A DNA stretch of 16,715 nt from Oculatellaceae cyanobacterium bins.114 (GTDB lineage Bacteria > Cyanobacteriota > Cyanobacteriia > Elainellales > Elainellaceae). A program made the translations under genes and the position numbers. Below, in pieces: positions 1-7,897 of the stretch; the first letter of the stretch is position 1; each line of letters begins with the position of its first letter. The notes beneath the pieces were generated by a model, which did no database searches, was not told the origin of the DNA, and saw only the letters and a program-made list of their open reading frames with translations. Location: contig JANRJA010000059.1 in assembly GCA_033764315.1 (NCBI GenBank), forward strand, positions 1 to 16,715, in the 5' to 3' direction.

Positions 1-61
1 GACCTTCTTCGATGACTTGCGAGCCTTGACCCGTTATCTGTATTTCGACAGTTGGGATCAT
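1..61 (-). CDS. possible 5' end of an unknown gene running off the window (MIPTVEIQITGQGSQVIEEG...)
   Basis: ATG at 61-59 preceded by SD-like AAGGTGAG, open to the window edge, ATGA overlap with the stop of the upstream frame. Only 20 codons are visible. Confidence 0.3.
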   Translation of the reverse strand, partial: MIPTVEIQITGQGSQVIEEG

Positions 62-390
62 CTGCTCACCTTTATGCTTGAAGGTCTAGAGTTGGAGATC
101 CCACCCAACACCAGTTGAAATTCCATACTGAGAATTGCTGGCCGAATCACGGTTACATCCGGAACAACAGATTGTTTCTGCAACACGCACCGCAACTCTG
201 GAAACGCCTCATAATCAGAATTGGTCTGGTCAATCGCTACGACTAACCGCTTCTGCAAAATGCTGTGATGGCTAGTTGGCATGGGCTTTTAAAGGGCTTG
301 ACCGTTGATCAGTTCCCAGGCGGGTGATTCCTCCAGGTTGGGTAGTGCGAGGAACTCTTGTAGGGTAAACGATGGGGCGATCGCAGTCAT
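58..390 (-). pseudogene. Uma2 (DUF820) family endonuclease, nonsense-disrupted and 3'-truncated
   Basis: From ATG 390 it reads MTAIAPSFTLQEFLALPNLEESPAWELINGQAL*KPMPTSHHSILQKRL...AFPELRC...SVVPDVTV, a typical Uma2 N-terminus. In-frame TAA at 291-289. The downstream IEILSP motif is missing. Confidence 0.8.
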
Positions 391-533
391 AGTCAAGGAA
401 AGTCTAAAACGGTGCCTAAGCGATCAGTCATTCATTGGTGTTGAGAATTCTATCGTAACCCGCTGGAAAAGGGATCGTTGGAGGTGTTAATAGCAACAAG
501 GACTGTCACCTCATCAAGTAAGGAATATCATTT

Positions 534-890
534 GTGAAATTTGACCCTCGTGCGTTTCGTTGGTTTCTGATCCTGTTTGCGCTGGAGGTGGCGATCGCCC
601 TGTTCGTTAAGGATCGGCTAATTCGTCCGTTGGTGGGAGATGTGTTGGTGATCCTGCTGATTTTCTATTTTGTGCGATCGCTGTTTCCAGTGCCGACTGT
701 GCGGTTAGCGATCGGGACACTGCTGTTTGCCTGGGCGATCGAGATAGCACAATATTTCAAGTTTGTAGAGCGATTGGGGTTGGCAGACAATCGAGTTGCC
801 AGTGTTGTGTTGGGCACAACGTTTGACTGGGTTGATTTGGTGGCATACGCGATCGGTGCCGTGGTGGTTGTTTTGATTGAGCGTCGATGA
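534..890 (+). CDS. DUF2809-family small membrane protein
   Basis: GTG start, hydrophobic helices, motifs IRPxxGDVLV, IExxQY and LGTTFDWxDLxAY. Confidence 0.8.
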   Translation: MKFDPRAFRWFLILFALEVAIALFVKDRLIRPLVGDVLVILLIFYFVRSLFPVPTVRLAIGTLLFAWAIEIAQYFKFVERLGLADNRVASVVLGTTFDWVDLVAYAIGAVVVVLIERR

Positions 891-945
891 AATAAATCTT
901 GCAGCGACCGCTTACAATACTGCTGGCAGTGATTCGACAAAGGCA

Positions 946-1296
946 ATGAGCGAGACACAAGACAGCATTTTTACCAAAATCATCAAGCGAGAAATTCCAG
1001 CCGATATCGTTTATGAAGACGATCTGGCGATCGCCTTCAAAGACGTTAATCCTGTGGCTCCTGTCCACATTTTGGTTGTTCCTAAACAGCCCATCGCCAA
1101 ACTTTCTGATGCTGAATCTGAAGATCACCGACTGATGGGGCATTTGCTGCTCACCGTCAAACGGGTAGCTGAGCAAGCAGGGTTAACCAATGGCTATCGA
1201 GTCGTCATCAACACTGGACCTGAAGCAGGGCAAACAGTTTTTCATCTGCACCTCCATATTCTGGGGGGTCGCCTCATGAATTGGCCTCCCGGTTGA
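946..1296 (+). CDS. histidine triad nucleotide-binding protein (HINT/PKCI type)
   Basis: Begins MSETQDSIFTKIIKREIPADIVYEDD, HIT motif HLHLHIL, C-terminal WPPG. ATG 946 preferred over TTG 877. Confidence 0.93.
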   Translation: MSETQDSIFTKIIKREIPADIVYEDDLAIAFKDVNPVAPVHILVVPKQPIAKLSDAESEDHRLMGHLLLTVKRVAEQAGLTNGYRVVINTGPEAGQTVFHLHLHILGGRLMNWPPG

Positions 1297-1301
1297 GTTA
1301 A

Positions 1302-1330
1302 ATTCCCGGCTTTTTCAAAAAGCCGGGAAT
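1302..1330. terminator. perfect inverted repeat after the HIT gene (terminator-like or dispersed palindrome)
   Basis: ATTCCCGGCTTTTT-C-AAAAAGCCGGGAAT, 14-bp arms, 5 nt after the stop codon. Confidence 0.6.
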
Positions 1331-1497
1331 CTTGGTATTAAGAGGCAATGCCACTCTTCATAAAGCTCTGTTAAGTAATATTCAAATTCCGTAAAAATTG
1401 ACTCTGTTTTCATGAAAACTAGCTCAGAGTTCCTCAACAGTAGAATCTATTAAAACGTTAAGCAATGTGAATGAAACTCACGCTGGTAAATCCTATG

Positions 1498-1524
1498 AAG
1501 CCCTTGTGAGTCAAGGGTTTTTTT
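1498..1524 (+). terminator. intrinsic terminator-like hairpin upstream of the psbA promoter
   Basis: AAGCCCTTG-TGAGT-CAAGGGTTT followed by TTTT. Confidence 0.6.
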
Positions 1525-1587
1525 GTCTCTATAGGCAACGCTATTTAAGACCTCTTTTTAAGAAAGGTAACAATAATTTCTGAGGGA

Positions 1588-1616
1588 TTTACAGCATTAC
1601 CTGAAATGCTTAACGT
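1588..1616 (+). promoter_or_regulatory. psbA sigma70-type promoter
   Basis: -35 TTTACA (1588-1593), 17-nt spacer, -10 TAACGT (1611-1616). Followed by a 5'UTR hairpin CAGCGG...CCGCTG (1626-1647) and an AU-rich leader. Confidence 0.6.
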
Positions 1617-1684
1617 TAGTTATTACAGCGGGTTAAATCAACCGCTGATTTTGTTCAATTTATATCCAAAGCACTCATTAAATT

Positions 1685-2767
1685 ATGACTACTACTCTCC
1701 AGCGGCGCGAAAGCGCAAATGCATGGGAGCGGTTTTGCAACTGGGTTACTAGCACTGACAACCGGATTTATGTCGGCTGGTTCGGTGTATTAATGATCCC
1801 AACTTTGCTCTCTGCTACCATCTGTTTCATCATCGCCTTCGTTGCTGCTCCTCCTGTAGACATCGACGGCATCCGTGAGCCTGTTGCAGGTTCATTGCTT
1901 TATGGCAACAACATCATCTCCGGTGCTGTTGTTCCTTCTTCCAACGCCATTGGTCTGCACCTCTACCCCATCTGGGAAGCCGCTTCCCTCGATGAGTGGT
2001 TGTACAACGGTGGTCCTTACCAGTTGATTTGTTTCCACTTCCTCATTGGCATTTTTGCTTACATGGGTCGTCAGTGGGAATTGTCCTACCGTTTGGGTAT
2101 GCGTCCTTGGATCTGTGTTGCTTACTCTGCGCCTTTGGCAGCTGCAACCTCTGTATTCTTGATCTACCCCATCGGACAAGGTTCCTTCTCTGACGGCATG
2201 CCTTTGGGTATCTCTGGTACCTTCAACTTCATGTTTGTGTTCCAAGCTGAGCACAACATTCTGATGCACCCCTTCCACATGTTGGGTGTAGCAGGCGTCT
2301 TCGGTGGTAGCTTGTTCTCCGCGATGCACGGTTCTTTGGTAACTTCTTCCTTGGTTCGTGAGACCACTGAAGTTGAGTCTCAGAACTATGGCTACAGGTT
2401 TGGACAAGAGGAAGAGACCTACAACATCGTTGCGGCTCACGGCTACTTCGGTCGTTTGATCTTCCAATATGCCTCTTTCAACAACTCTCGTGCGCTGCAC
2501 TTCTTCTTGGGTGCATGGCCTGTAGTTTGTATTTGGTTCACCGCTCTCGGCATCAGCACAATGGCGTTCAACCTCAACGGCTTTAACTTCAACCAATCTG
2601 TGTTGGATTCTCAAGGTCGTGTTGTTAGCACTTGGGCAGATATCCTCAACCGTGCCAACTTGGGTATGGAAGTGATGCACGAGCGCAATGCTCACAACTT
2701 CCCACTTGATTTGGCTTCGGGTGAAGCAACTCCCGTTGCATTTACCGCTCCTCAAATCAACGGCTAA
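1685..2767 (+). CDS. psbA: photosystem II reaction centre protein D1 (standard, Q130 D1:1-like form)
   Basis: 360 aa. Y161, D170, E189, H190, H332, E333, H337, D342 and A344 are intact, with a 16-aa C-terminal extension. GRQWELS gives Q130. G80, F158 and T286 exclude the microaerobic D1' form. Confidence 0.99.
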   Translation: MTTTLQRRESANAWERFCNWVTSTDNRIYVGWFGVLMIPTLLSATICFIIAFVAAPPVDIDGIREPVAGSLLYGNNIISGAVVPSSNAIGLHLYPIWEAASLDEWLYNGGPYQLICFHFLIGIFAYMGRQWELSYRLGMRPWICVAYSAPLAAATSVFLIYPIGQGSFSDGMPLGISGTFNFMFVFQAEHNILMHPFHMLGVAGVFGGSLFSAMHGSLVTSSLVRETTEVESQNYGYRFGQEEETYNIVAAHGYFGRLIFQYASFNNSRALHFFLGAWPVVCIWFTALGISTMAFNLNGFNFNQSVLDSQGRVVSTWADILNRANLGMEVMHERNAHNFPLDLASGEATPVAFTAPQING

Positions 2768-2789
2768 TTTTTAGTCTTGCTTAATCTAG

Positions 2790-2825
2790 AGAGGTGTTCT
2801 CCAAGGGAGGGCACCTCTTGCTTTT
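2790..2825 (+). terminator. psbA intrinsic terminator
   Basis: AGAGGTGTTCTCC-AAG-GGAGGGCACCTCT stem followed by TGCTTTT. Confidence 0.75.
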
Positions 2826-2842
2826 AAGGCTGTTTTGATGAA

Positions 2843-2930
2843 TATAGCAGTCCTAAATCAGTTGTGAGATGGGCGGGTTGTGAGATGGACGGGGTGCGCC
2901 TCTCACAACCCATTTGGGATTGCTGTTATA
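2843..2930. mobile_element. miniature inverted-repeat element (MITE-like, TA-flanked), copy 1
   Basis: Left end TATAGCAGTCCTAAATCAGTTGTGAGA; degenerate right end TCTCACAACCCATTTGGGATTGCTGTTATA; related copy at 16662-16715. Confidence 0.7.
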
Positions 2931-2955
2931 TATCAACCGTTAAGACAGTTGATAC

Positions 2956-3037
2956 AAGGGGGTGTAAGGGCTTTGCTCTCATACCGTTTGGACTAGTCGA
3001 AAGCTAAACGCTCATGTCGAAATCCTTGCACCCCCTT
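2956..3037 (+). repeat. long imperfect hairpin (structured RNA or second miniature element)
   Basis: AAGGGGGTGTAAGGG (2956-2970) pairs with TCCTTGCACCCCCTT (3023-3037); inner stem CGTTTGG/CTAAACG. Confidence 0.6.
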
Positions 3038-3144
3038 CCTAACCAACGCTTCAGGTGGCTTTGACAAGCCCAAAAACAATTACATGCCTCGCACGACAAC
3101 CGCTATGATCAAGGCTTGAGCATTGAACTTTGGGAGGCACTCCA

Positions 3145-3741
3145 ACGGTTTACACACGTCCCTTGGCTCGATTGATCGAGCAATTTCAACGATTACCTGG
3201 CATCGGTCCTAAGAGTGCTCAACGTTTGGCACTATACATTCTCAAGCGACCAGAAACAGAAGTGCAGGCATTGGCTCAGGCATTGATGGAGGCAAAGCAA
3301 CAAGTTGGGTTGTGCTCAATTTGCTTTCATTTATCAGCAGAACCTGTCTGTGAAATCTGTAGTGCCCCTATCCGAGATGAAAGCACGATTTGCGTAGTGG
3401 CAGACTCTAAAGATGTGATTGCTTTAGAAAAAACACGTGAGTTTCAAGGCAAATATCACGTGTTGGGGGGGTTGATTTCGCCAATGGATGGCATTGGACC
3501 GGATCAACTCCATATATCGCCCTTAGTGCGACGGGTGAGCCAGCCTAACGTTAAAGAAGTCATTATGGCTATTAGTCCCAGTGTTGAGGGAGACACCACA
3601 ACACTATACGTGGGTCACTTGTTGAAACCCTTTACAAAAGTTACCCGCATCGCCTTTGGTTTACCAATGGGGGGCGACCTAGAATATGCCGATGAGGTAA
3701 CATTGGCGCGTGCCTTAGAAGGACGACGCGAACTAGATTGA
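3145..3741 (+). CDS. recR: recombination mediator RecR
   Basis: Hh[15 protein letters not shown]4 zinc finger CSIC...CEIC, Toprim [17 protein letters not shown]-terminal [20 protein letters not shown]. Start is uncertain: ACG 3145 follows GGAGG; the ORF track uses TTG 3130. Confidence 0.96.
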   Translation, partial: TVYTRPLARLIEQFQRLPGIGPKSAQRLALYILKRPETEVQALAQALMEAKQQVGLCSICFHLSAEPVCEICSAPIRDESTICVVADSKDVIALEKTREFQGKYHVLGGLISPMDGIGPDQLHISPLVRRVSQPNVKEVIMAISPSVEGDTTTLYVGHLLKPFTKVTRIAFGLPMGGDLEYADEVTLARALEGRRELD

Positions 3742-3767
3742 CCTGATAGAAGGGAAAAATAGAGTGG

Positions 3768-4463
3768 TTAAACTGGGGCGATCGCTTTAGAAATCCAGGC
3801 AGGGTGACTGAGTAAGGCGGCCAACACCCTTACTCCTCTGAGTTGATTAGATAGGGGTAAGTGGCCTCTAGGGGCACTCAAATCCCAGGTAAACTCATGG
3901 GGATAGCGAGTCCAACTGTTGCCCTGCCGCCAACCGATTTTCTCCCACAGTTGATCCCAATTCTTACCGACACCAATCCATAGCTCTCGCTGCACCGAAA
4001 ACCCAAATCTCCCTTCACAGTAAACGAACCAGAGAGTATTGATAGTTTGCAAATCGGTAATGGGAAATCGCTCTACCTCGCTAAAGTAAAGCCAACGCCG
4101 TTGCAAGGCTGTTTCACCTGCCAATTCACACAATTTCTCTAGAGTGAGTTGATCGGCAGCTTGTAAATCTTGCTGAATCAAGAGCATCTGCAATGGGGCA
4201 TAATCAATTCCCCGTTCTGAATTTAAGGGCACCAATCCTTGAGGAAAGTGAGTTTTCAAAAACTCATTGGTTGCAGGCAAATTTGCGTTGTAGAGCACTT
4301 TGTAGGCTTTTCCTTGGGCTGGATTGACCGAATTTGATCGCTGCTCCAGTAAAAAATCCATAATTACCTCGAAACCAGAGTCGCCTGAACTGGCTAACTC
4401 TTGAATCAGTGATAGTTGATTTTTGACGGGTTCAAGCTTGAGGCGATTGCGTAAATCAGTCAT
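3768..4463 (-). CDS. gun4: GUN4 (Ycf53) porphyrin-binding Mg-chelatase activator
   Basis: N-terminal helical domain plus GUN4 core: GRFGFSVQRELW, WTRYPHEFTWDLSAPRGHLPLSNQLRG. Confidence 0.93.
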   Translation of the reverse strand: MTDLRNRLKLEPVKNQLSLIQELASSGDSGFEVIMDFLLEQRSNSVNPAQGKAYKVLYNANLPATNEFLKTHFPQGLVPLNSERGIDYAPLQMLLIQQDLQAADQLTLEKLCELAGETALQRRWLYFSEVERFPITDLQTINTLWFVYCEGRFGFSVQRELWIGVGKNWDQLWEKIGWRQGNSWTRYPHEFTWDLSAPRGHLPLSNQLRGVRVLAALLSHPAWISKAIAPV

Positions 4464-4760
4464 AGCATTGAAAGCATTAATCGAGCATCTGTGAGCAAAA
4501 AAACACTGGTTTCTAAGAATCGATGGTTAGAACGACGGTTGGGTGGTAGTGAAAAGGAAGCGTAAATTGTGAATCAAATAGAAGAAATAGCGGCGTGTTA
4601 GGGTTGTTTGAGGTTAATGTTGCATTTTGCATCAATCGACTGTTCTTAGAATCATAAATTAAATACCACCAGCAATTCCTGGTTGGTGGAAAGCATTCGG
4701 CAAAATTACAGTCTCTATTGCCCTCCTGTCAGGCCTAAAGTAATACGGCATCTTGGCCGC

Positions 4761-5273
4761 TTAGTCAGCCTGTAGCAAGGATGGTGAGGGATTGAGAATA
4801 CGCTGAATAATGGCTGTTGTAGAACTTGCAATTTCGATCTGAAGCAGTTCAATTTGACCCCCATAGGCTTGAACCACGGCTGCTTCTGGGAGTGTATCAA
4901 GCCGATAGTCGCCCCCTTTGGCATAAATTTCAGGTTTTAGTGCTTGAATCAGGGCGATCGCCGTTGTCTCGGCAAAAATCACCACCGCATCGACAGACTT
5001 TAGGGCGGCTAACACCTCAGCCCGTTGAGACTCTGGCACGATTGGGCGAGGCGGGTTGCCTGGAGTTGCAGGTTTAATCGCTTGCACCGACTGGTCACTG
5101 TTTAGCCCAACCACTAGCGATCGCCCCAACGATTTAGCCATCCGCAAATATCGCACATGACCTGCATGCAGCAAGTCAAAACAGCCATTGGTCAACACGA
5201 GGGGCCGCCATTGCTCAGGGTGGTCAACAATCGCCTGTTGTAGCTCAGAGAGCGAGTAGACACCGAGGATCAT
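4761..5273 (-). CDS. RfaE/HldE domain II-like adenylyl/cytidylyltransferase
   Basis: TNGCFDLLHAGHVRYL (HxGH motif), VGLNSDxSV, YAKGGDY, SSTT. ATG 5273 lies 10 nt after the response regulator stop. Confidence 0.9.
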   Translation of the reverse strand: MILGVYSLSELQQAIVDHPEQWRPLVLTNGCFDLLHAGHVRYLRMAKSLGRSLVVGLNSDQSVQAIKPATPGNPPRPIVPESQRAEVLAALKSVDAVVIFAETTAIALIQALKPEIYAKGGDYRLDTLPEAAVVQAYGGQIELLQIEIASSTTAIIQRILNPSPSLLQAD

Positions 5274-5283
5274 CAGCCATTCT

Positions 5284-5967
5284 CTACTCTTTTCCTTCTC
5301 CACCCGTTTCAGCGACAGGAGGGCGATATCCTTGCTCAAAGGCAAATCGAATCAGTTGCGAGCGATTTTCGAGTTGCAGCTTGCTCAAGATATTGCTCAA
5401 GTGGGTTTGCACCGTGCGGGGGCTGACAAACAGGCGATCGCCGATTTGTTTATTGGTATAGCCCTGGATCACTTCCCAAAACACTTTCTCTTCAGCAGGG
5501 GTGAGAGGCAGAGGATTGGGGTGCAAAGAATTTGTGGGAGATTCACCCACGGCTCCATTCGATTGTTGAATCAGACGAATAATTTCAGAGTGGATGCGGC
5601 GCGATCGCTCTAATTGCGCCTCGATTTTCGCAACCAATTCTTTCGGCTCAAACGGCTTGACTAGATAATCATCGGCCCCGATTTGATGCCCCTGCACCCG
5701 ATCATCAACGTCTTTTCGACTGGATAGAAAAATAAACGGGACGAGTTGACCCGATCGGGTCGCTCGCAATCGACGACAAAACTCAAACCCATCCATTTCT
5801 GGCATCATGACATCAGATACCACTAAATCAGGCGGGTTTTGCTCAAATAGAGCCAACCCTTCGACCCCTGAGCTTGCGTCTTGAACCACATATCCGCGAT
5901 TTTGCAAATAGCGGATAATTGCCGTTCTCAGTGTAATGTCATCGTCAACAATTAAAATCTTCTTCAT
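5284..5967 (-). CDS. two-component response regulator, REC plus LuxR/NarL HTH
   Basis: LIVDDD, phosphoacceptor in SDVMMP, YLVKPF, and LTPAE...GYTNKQIGDRLFVSPRTVQTHLSNILSKL. Confidence 0.95.
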   Translation of the reverse strand: MKKILIVDDDITLRTAIIRYLQNRGYVVQDASSGVEGLALFEQNPPDLVVSDVMMPEMDGFEFCRRLRATRSGQLVPFIFLSSRKDVDDRVQGHQIGADDYLVKPFEPKELVAKIEAQLERSRRIHSEIIRLIQQSNGAVGESPTNSLHPNPLPLTPAEEKVFWEVIQGYTNKQIGDRLFVSPRTVQTHLSNILSKLQLENRSQLIRFAFEQGYRPPVAETGGEGKE

Positions 5968-6245
5968 TCAAACTCCCACATAACCGCCCAGGTGTGGAAT
6001 TGAAGGTCATCATTAATCCTTTAATCTTAAAAAGTTTTGCTCTAAAGCACGCTCTATCGCAATCTTAAATAAGTTCAAAGAACCAGGAGGAAATTTGGAA
6101 TTTTCTCCTCCAGGAGAGCCGATACTCTGTACATTTCCTGCTTCTCTCAGCTTATTTCAGGTTGCACCATTTTGAAGTTAAGCAAGTTCCCTATTGACAA
6201 AAATCAATGCAACAATCACCAGTCTACATCTACATATTAGAAAAC

Positions 6246-6259
6246 GTAGGTTCTACTAC
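6246..6259. promoter_or_regulatory. candidate NtcA box upstream of icd
   Basis: GTA-GGTTCTAC-TAC matches GTAN8TAC, 118 nt before the icd ATG. No -10 element at the canonical 22-nt spacing. Confidence 0.5.
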
Positions 6260-6377
6260 AAAAATCAGCCATAACAAAACGAAATTAGCAATAATGCTCA
6301 CTTGGCTCAACATGACTTCAAAATTAAAGCTATTATGCCACTGAGCTAGAGTTAGCAAGCAGGAGTTGCTAAGGATT

Positions 6378-7799
6378 ATGTATGAAAAAATTATTCCCCC
6401 CTCTGTTGGATCGCGTATTACGTTTGATCAGGGTGAACCAGTTGTTCCTGATGATCCAATCATTCCCTTTATTCGCGGAGATGGAACAGGTGTAGACATT
6501 TGGCCTGCTGCTCAGAAGGTTTTTGATGCAGCGATCGCTAAAGCCTACAACGGACAGCGTCACATTGTCTGGTTTAAGGTCTATGCAGGAGATGAAGCCT
6601 GCGATCTCTACGGCACTTACCAATATTTGCCCCAAGATACCCTAACTGCCATTCAAGACTATGGAATTGCCATTAAGGGGCCGCTCACTACGCCCATTGG
6701 GGGTGGGATTCGCTCCCTCAACGTAGCTCTGCGTCAGATTCATGATCTCTATACCTGTGTTCGTCCTTGTAAATACTATCCCGGCACTCCATCGCCTCAC
6801 AAAACTCCAGAAAAGCTGGATGTAATTGTTTATCGAGAAAATACCGAAGATATTTATTTGGGGATTGAGTGGAAGCAGGGCAGCGAAATTGGCGATCGCC
6901 TCATTAAAATTCTTAACGAAGAGTTAATTCCTGCGACACCAGAGCATGGCAAGAAAAAAATTTCCCTTGACTCTGGCATTGGCATTAAACCTATCAGCAA
7001 AACAGGCTCTCAACGTCTGGTACGACGCGCCATTAAACATGCCTTGCGCCTGCCTCAAGCCAAACAGATGGTGACGCTGGTGCACAAGGGCAACATTATG
7101 AAATATACCGAGGGGGCATTTCGAGATTGGGGCTATGAGTTAGCCACCAGCGAATTTCGAGCGGAGTGTGTTACTGAACAAGAATCTTGGATTTTGGGAA
7201 ACAAAGAGCGGCAGCCTGATCTAACAGTAGAAGACAATGCCCGTCAAATTGAACCTGGGTTTGATGCGCTCACGGCTGAAAAGAAAGCCAAGATCTGTAA
7301 TGACGTGAAGGCAGTTCTCGACACCATTTGGGAAACTCATGGGAACGGACAGTGGAAAACTAAAATCATGGTCAATGACCGAATCGCCGACAGCATCTTT
7401 CAACAGATTCAGACCCGCCCTGATGAATACTCCATCTTGGCAACGATGAACCTGAATGGGGATTACTTATCGGATGCGGCAGCGGCGATTGTAGGTGGCT
7501 TGGGAATGGGACCCGGTGCCAACATTGGCGATACCTGTGCCATTTTTGAGGCGACTCACGGGACTGCTCCTAAACATGCTGGCTTAGACCGGATCAACCC
7601 CGGTTCAGTCATCTTATCGGGAGTGATGATGTTGGAATATATGGGCTGGCAAGAAGCCGCCGATCTCATTAAAAAAGGGATTGGGGCTGCTATCTCAAAC
7701 CGGGAAGTGACTTATGACCTGGCACGTCTGATGGAACCGCCCGTTGAGCCGCCCTTAAAGTGCTCTGAATTTGCTGAAGCTATCATTCGGCACTTCTAA
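6378..7799 (+). CDS. icd: NADP-dependent isocitrate dehydrogenase
   Basis: [50 protein letters not shown] and [10 protein letters not shown], plus the cyanobacterial internal insertion. ATG 6378 follows AAGGA. Confidence 0.97.
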   Translation: MYEKIIPPSVGSRITFDQGEPVVPDDPIIPFIRGDGTGVDIWPAAQKVFDAAIAKAYNGQRHIVWFKVYAGDEACDLYGTYQYLPQDTLTAIQDYGIAIKGPLTTPIGGGIRSLNVALRQIHDLYTCVRPCKYYPGTPSPHKTPEKLDVIVYRENTEDIYLGIEWKQGSEIGDRLIKILNEELIPATPEHGKKKISLDSGIGIKPISKTGSQRLVRRAIKHALRLPQAKQMVTLVHKGNIMKYTEGAFRDWGYELATSEFRAECVTEQESWILGNKERQPDLTVEDNARQIEPGFDALTAEKKAKICNDVKAVLDTIWETHGNGQWKTKIMVNDRIADSIFQQIQTRPDEYSILATMNLNGDYLSDAAAAIVGGLGMGPGANIGDTCAIFEATHGTAPKHAGLDRINPGSVILSGVMMLEYMGWQEAADLIKKGIGAAISNREVTYDLARLMEPPVEPPLKCSEFAEAIIRHF

Positions 7800-7840
7800 T
7801 CTAAAGCATTATTCTTTGGTAGAAGTAGATAATCGGTTCC

Positions 7841-7870
7841 TGTAGGGGCACTTTGCAAAGTACCCCTACA
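7841..7870. repeat. GTAG-type REP-like palindrome between convergent icd and sds
   Basis: TGTAGGGGCACTTTG|CAAAGTACCCCTACA, 30 nt with one mismatch, followed by a T-run. Confidence 0.7.
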
Positions 7871-7897
7871 ATTTTTTTGGGTGTTCTGTCTTTTGCT

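Noticed and set aside
305-490. 61-aa plus-strand ORF and the other short ORFs overlapping assigned genes
   Set aside because: Antisense or alternate-frame to better-supported genes, with no independent evidence
1892-2755. 287-aa antisense ORF over psbA
   Set aside because: Shadow frame explained by psbA codon bias; no recognisable protein features
2861-2910. Repeated GTTGTGAGA units as a possible CRISPR mini-array
   Set aside because: Units are too short, one is inverted, there are no spacers of regular length and no cas genes; explained by the miniature element
3016-3035. Minus-strand GGGGGTGCAAGGATTTCGAC resembles a tmRNA 5' end
   Set aside because: No tag reading frame, T-arm or CCA 3' end follows; the segment is one arm of a local hairpin
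6085-6109. 11-bp hairpin containing AGGAGG in the regulator-icd spacer
   Set aside because: No start codon or ORF follows and there is no U-tail; function unsupported
7170-7360. Insertion in IDH relative to the E. coli enzyme
   Set aside because: Known feature of cyanobacterial NADP-IDH; no intein or intron hallmarks
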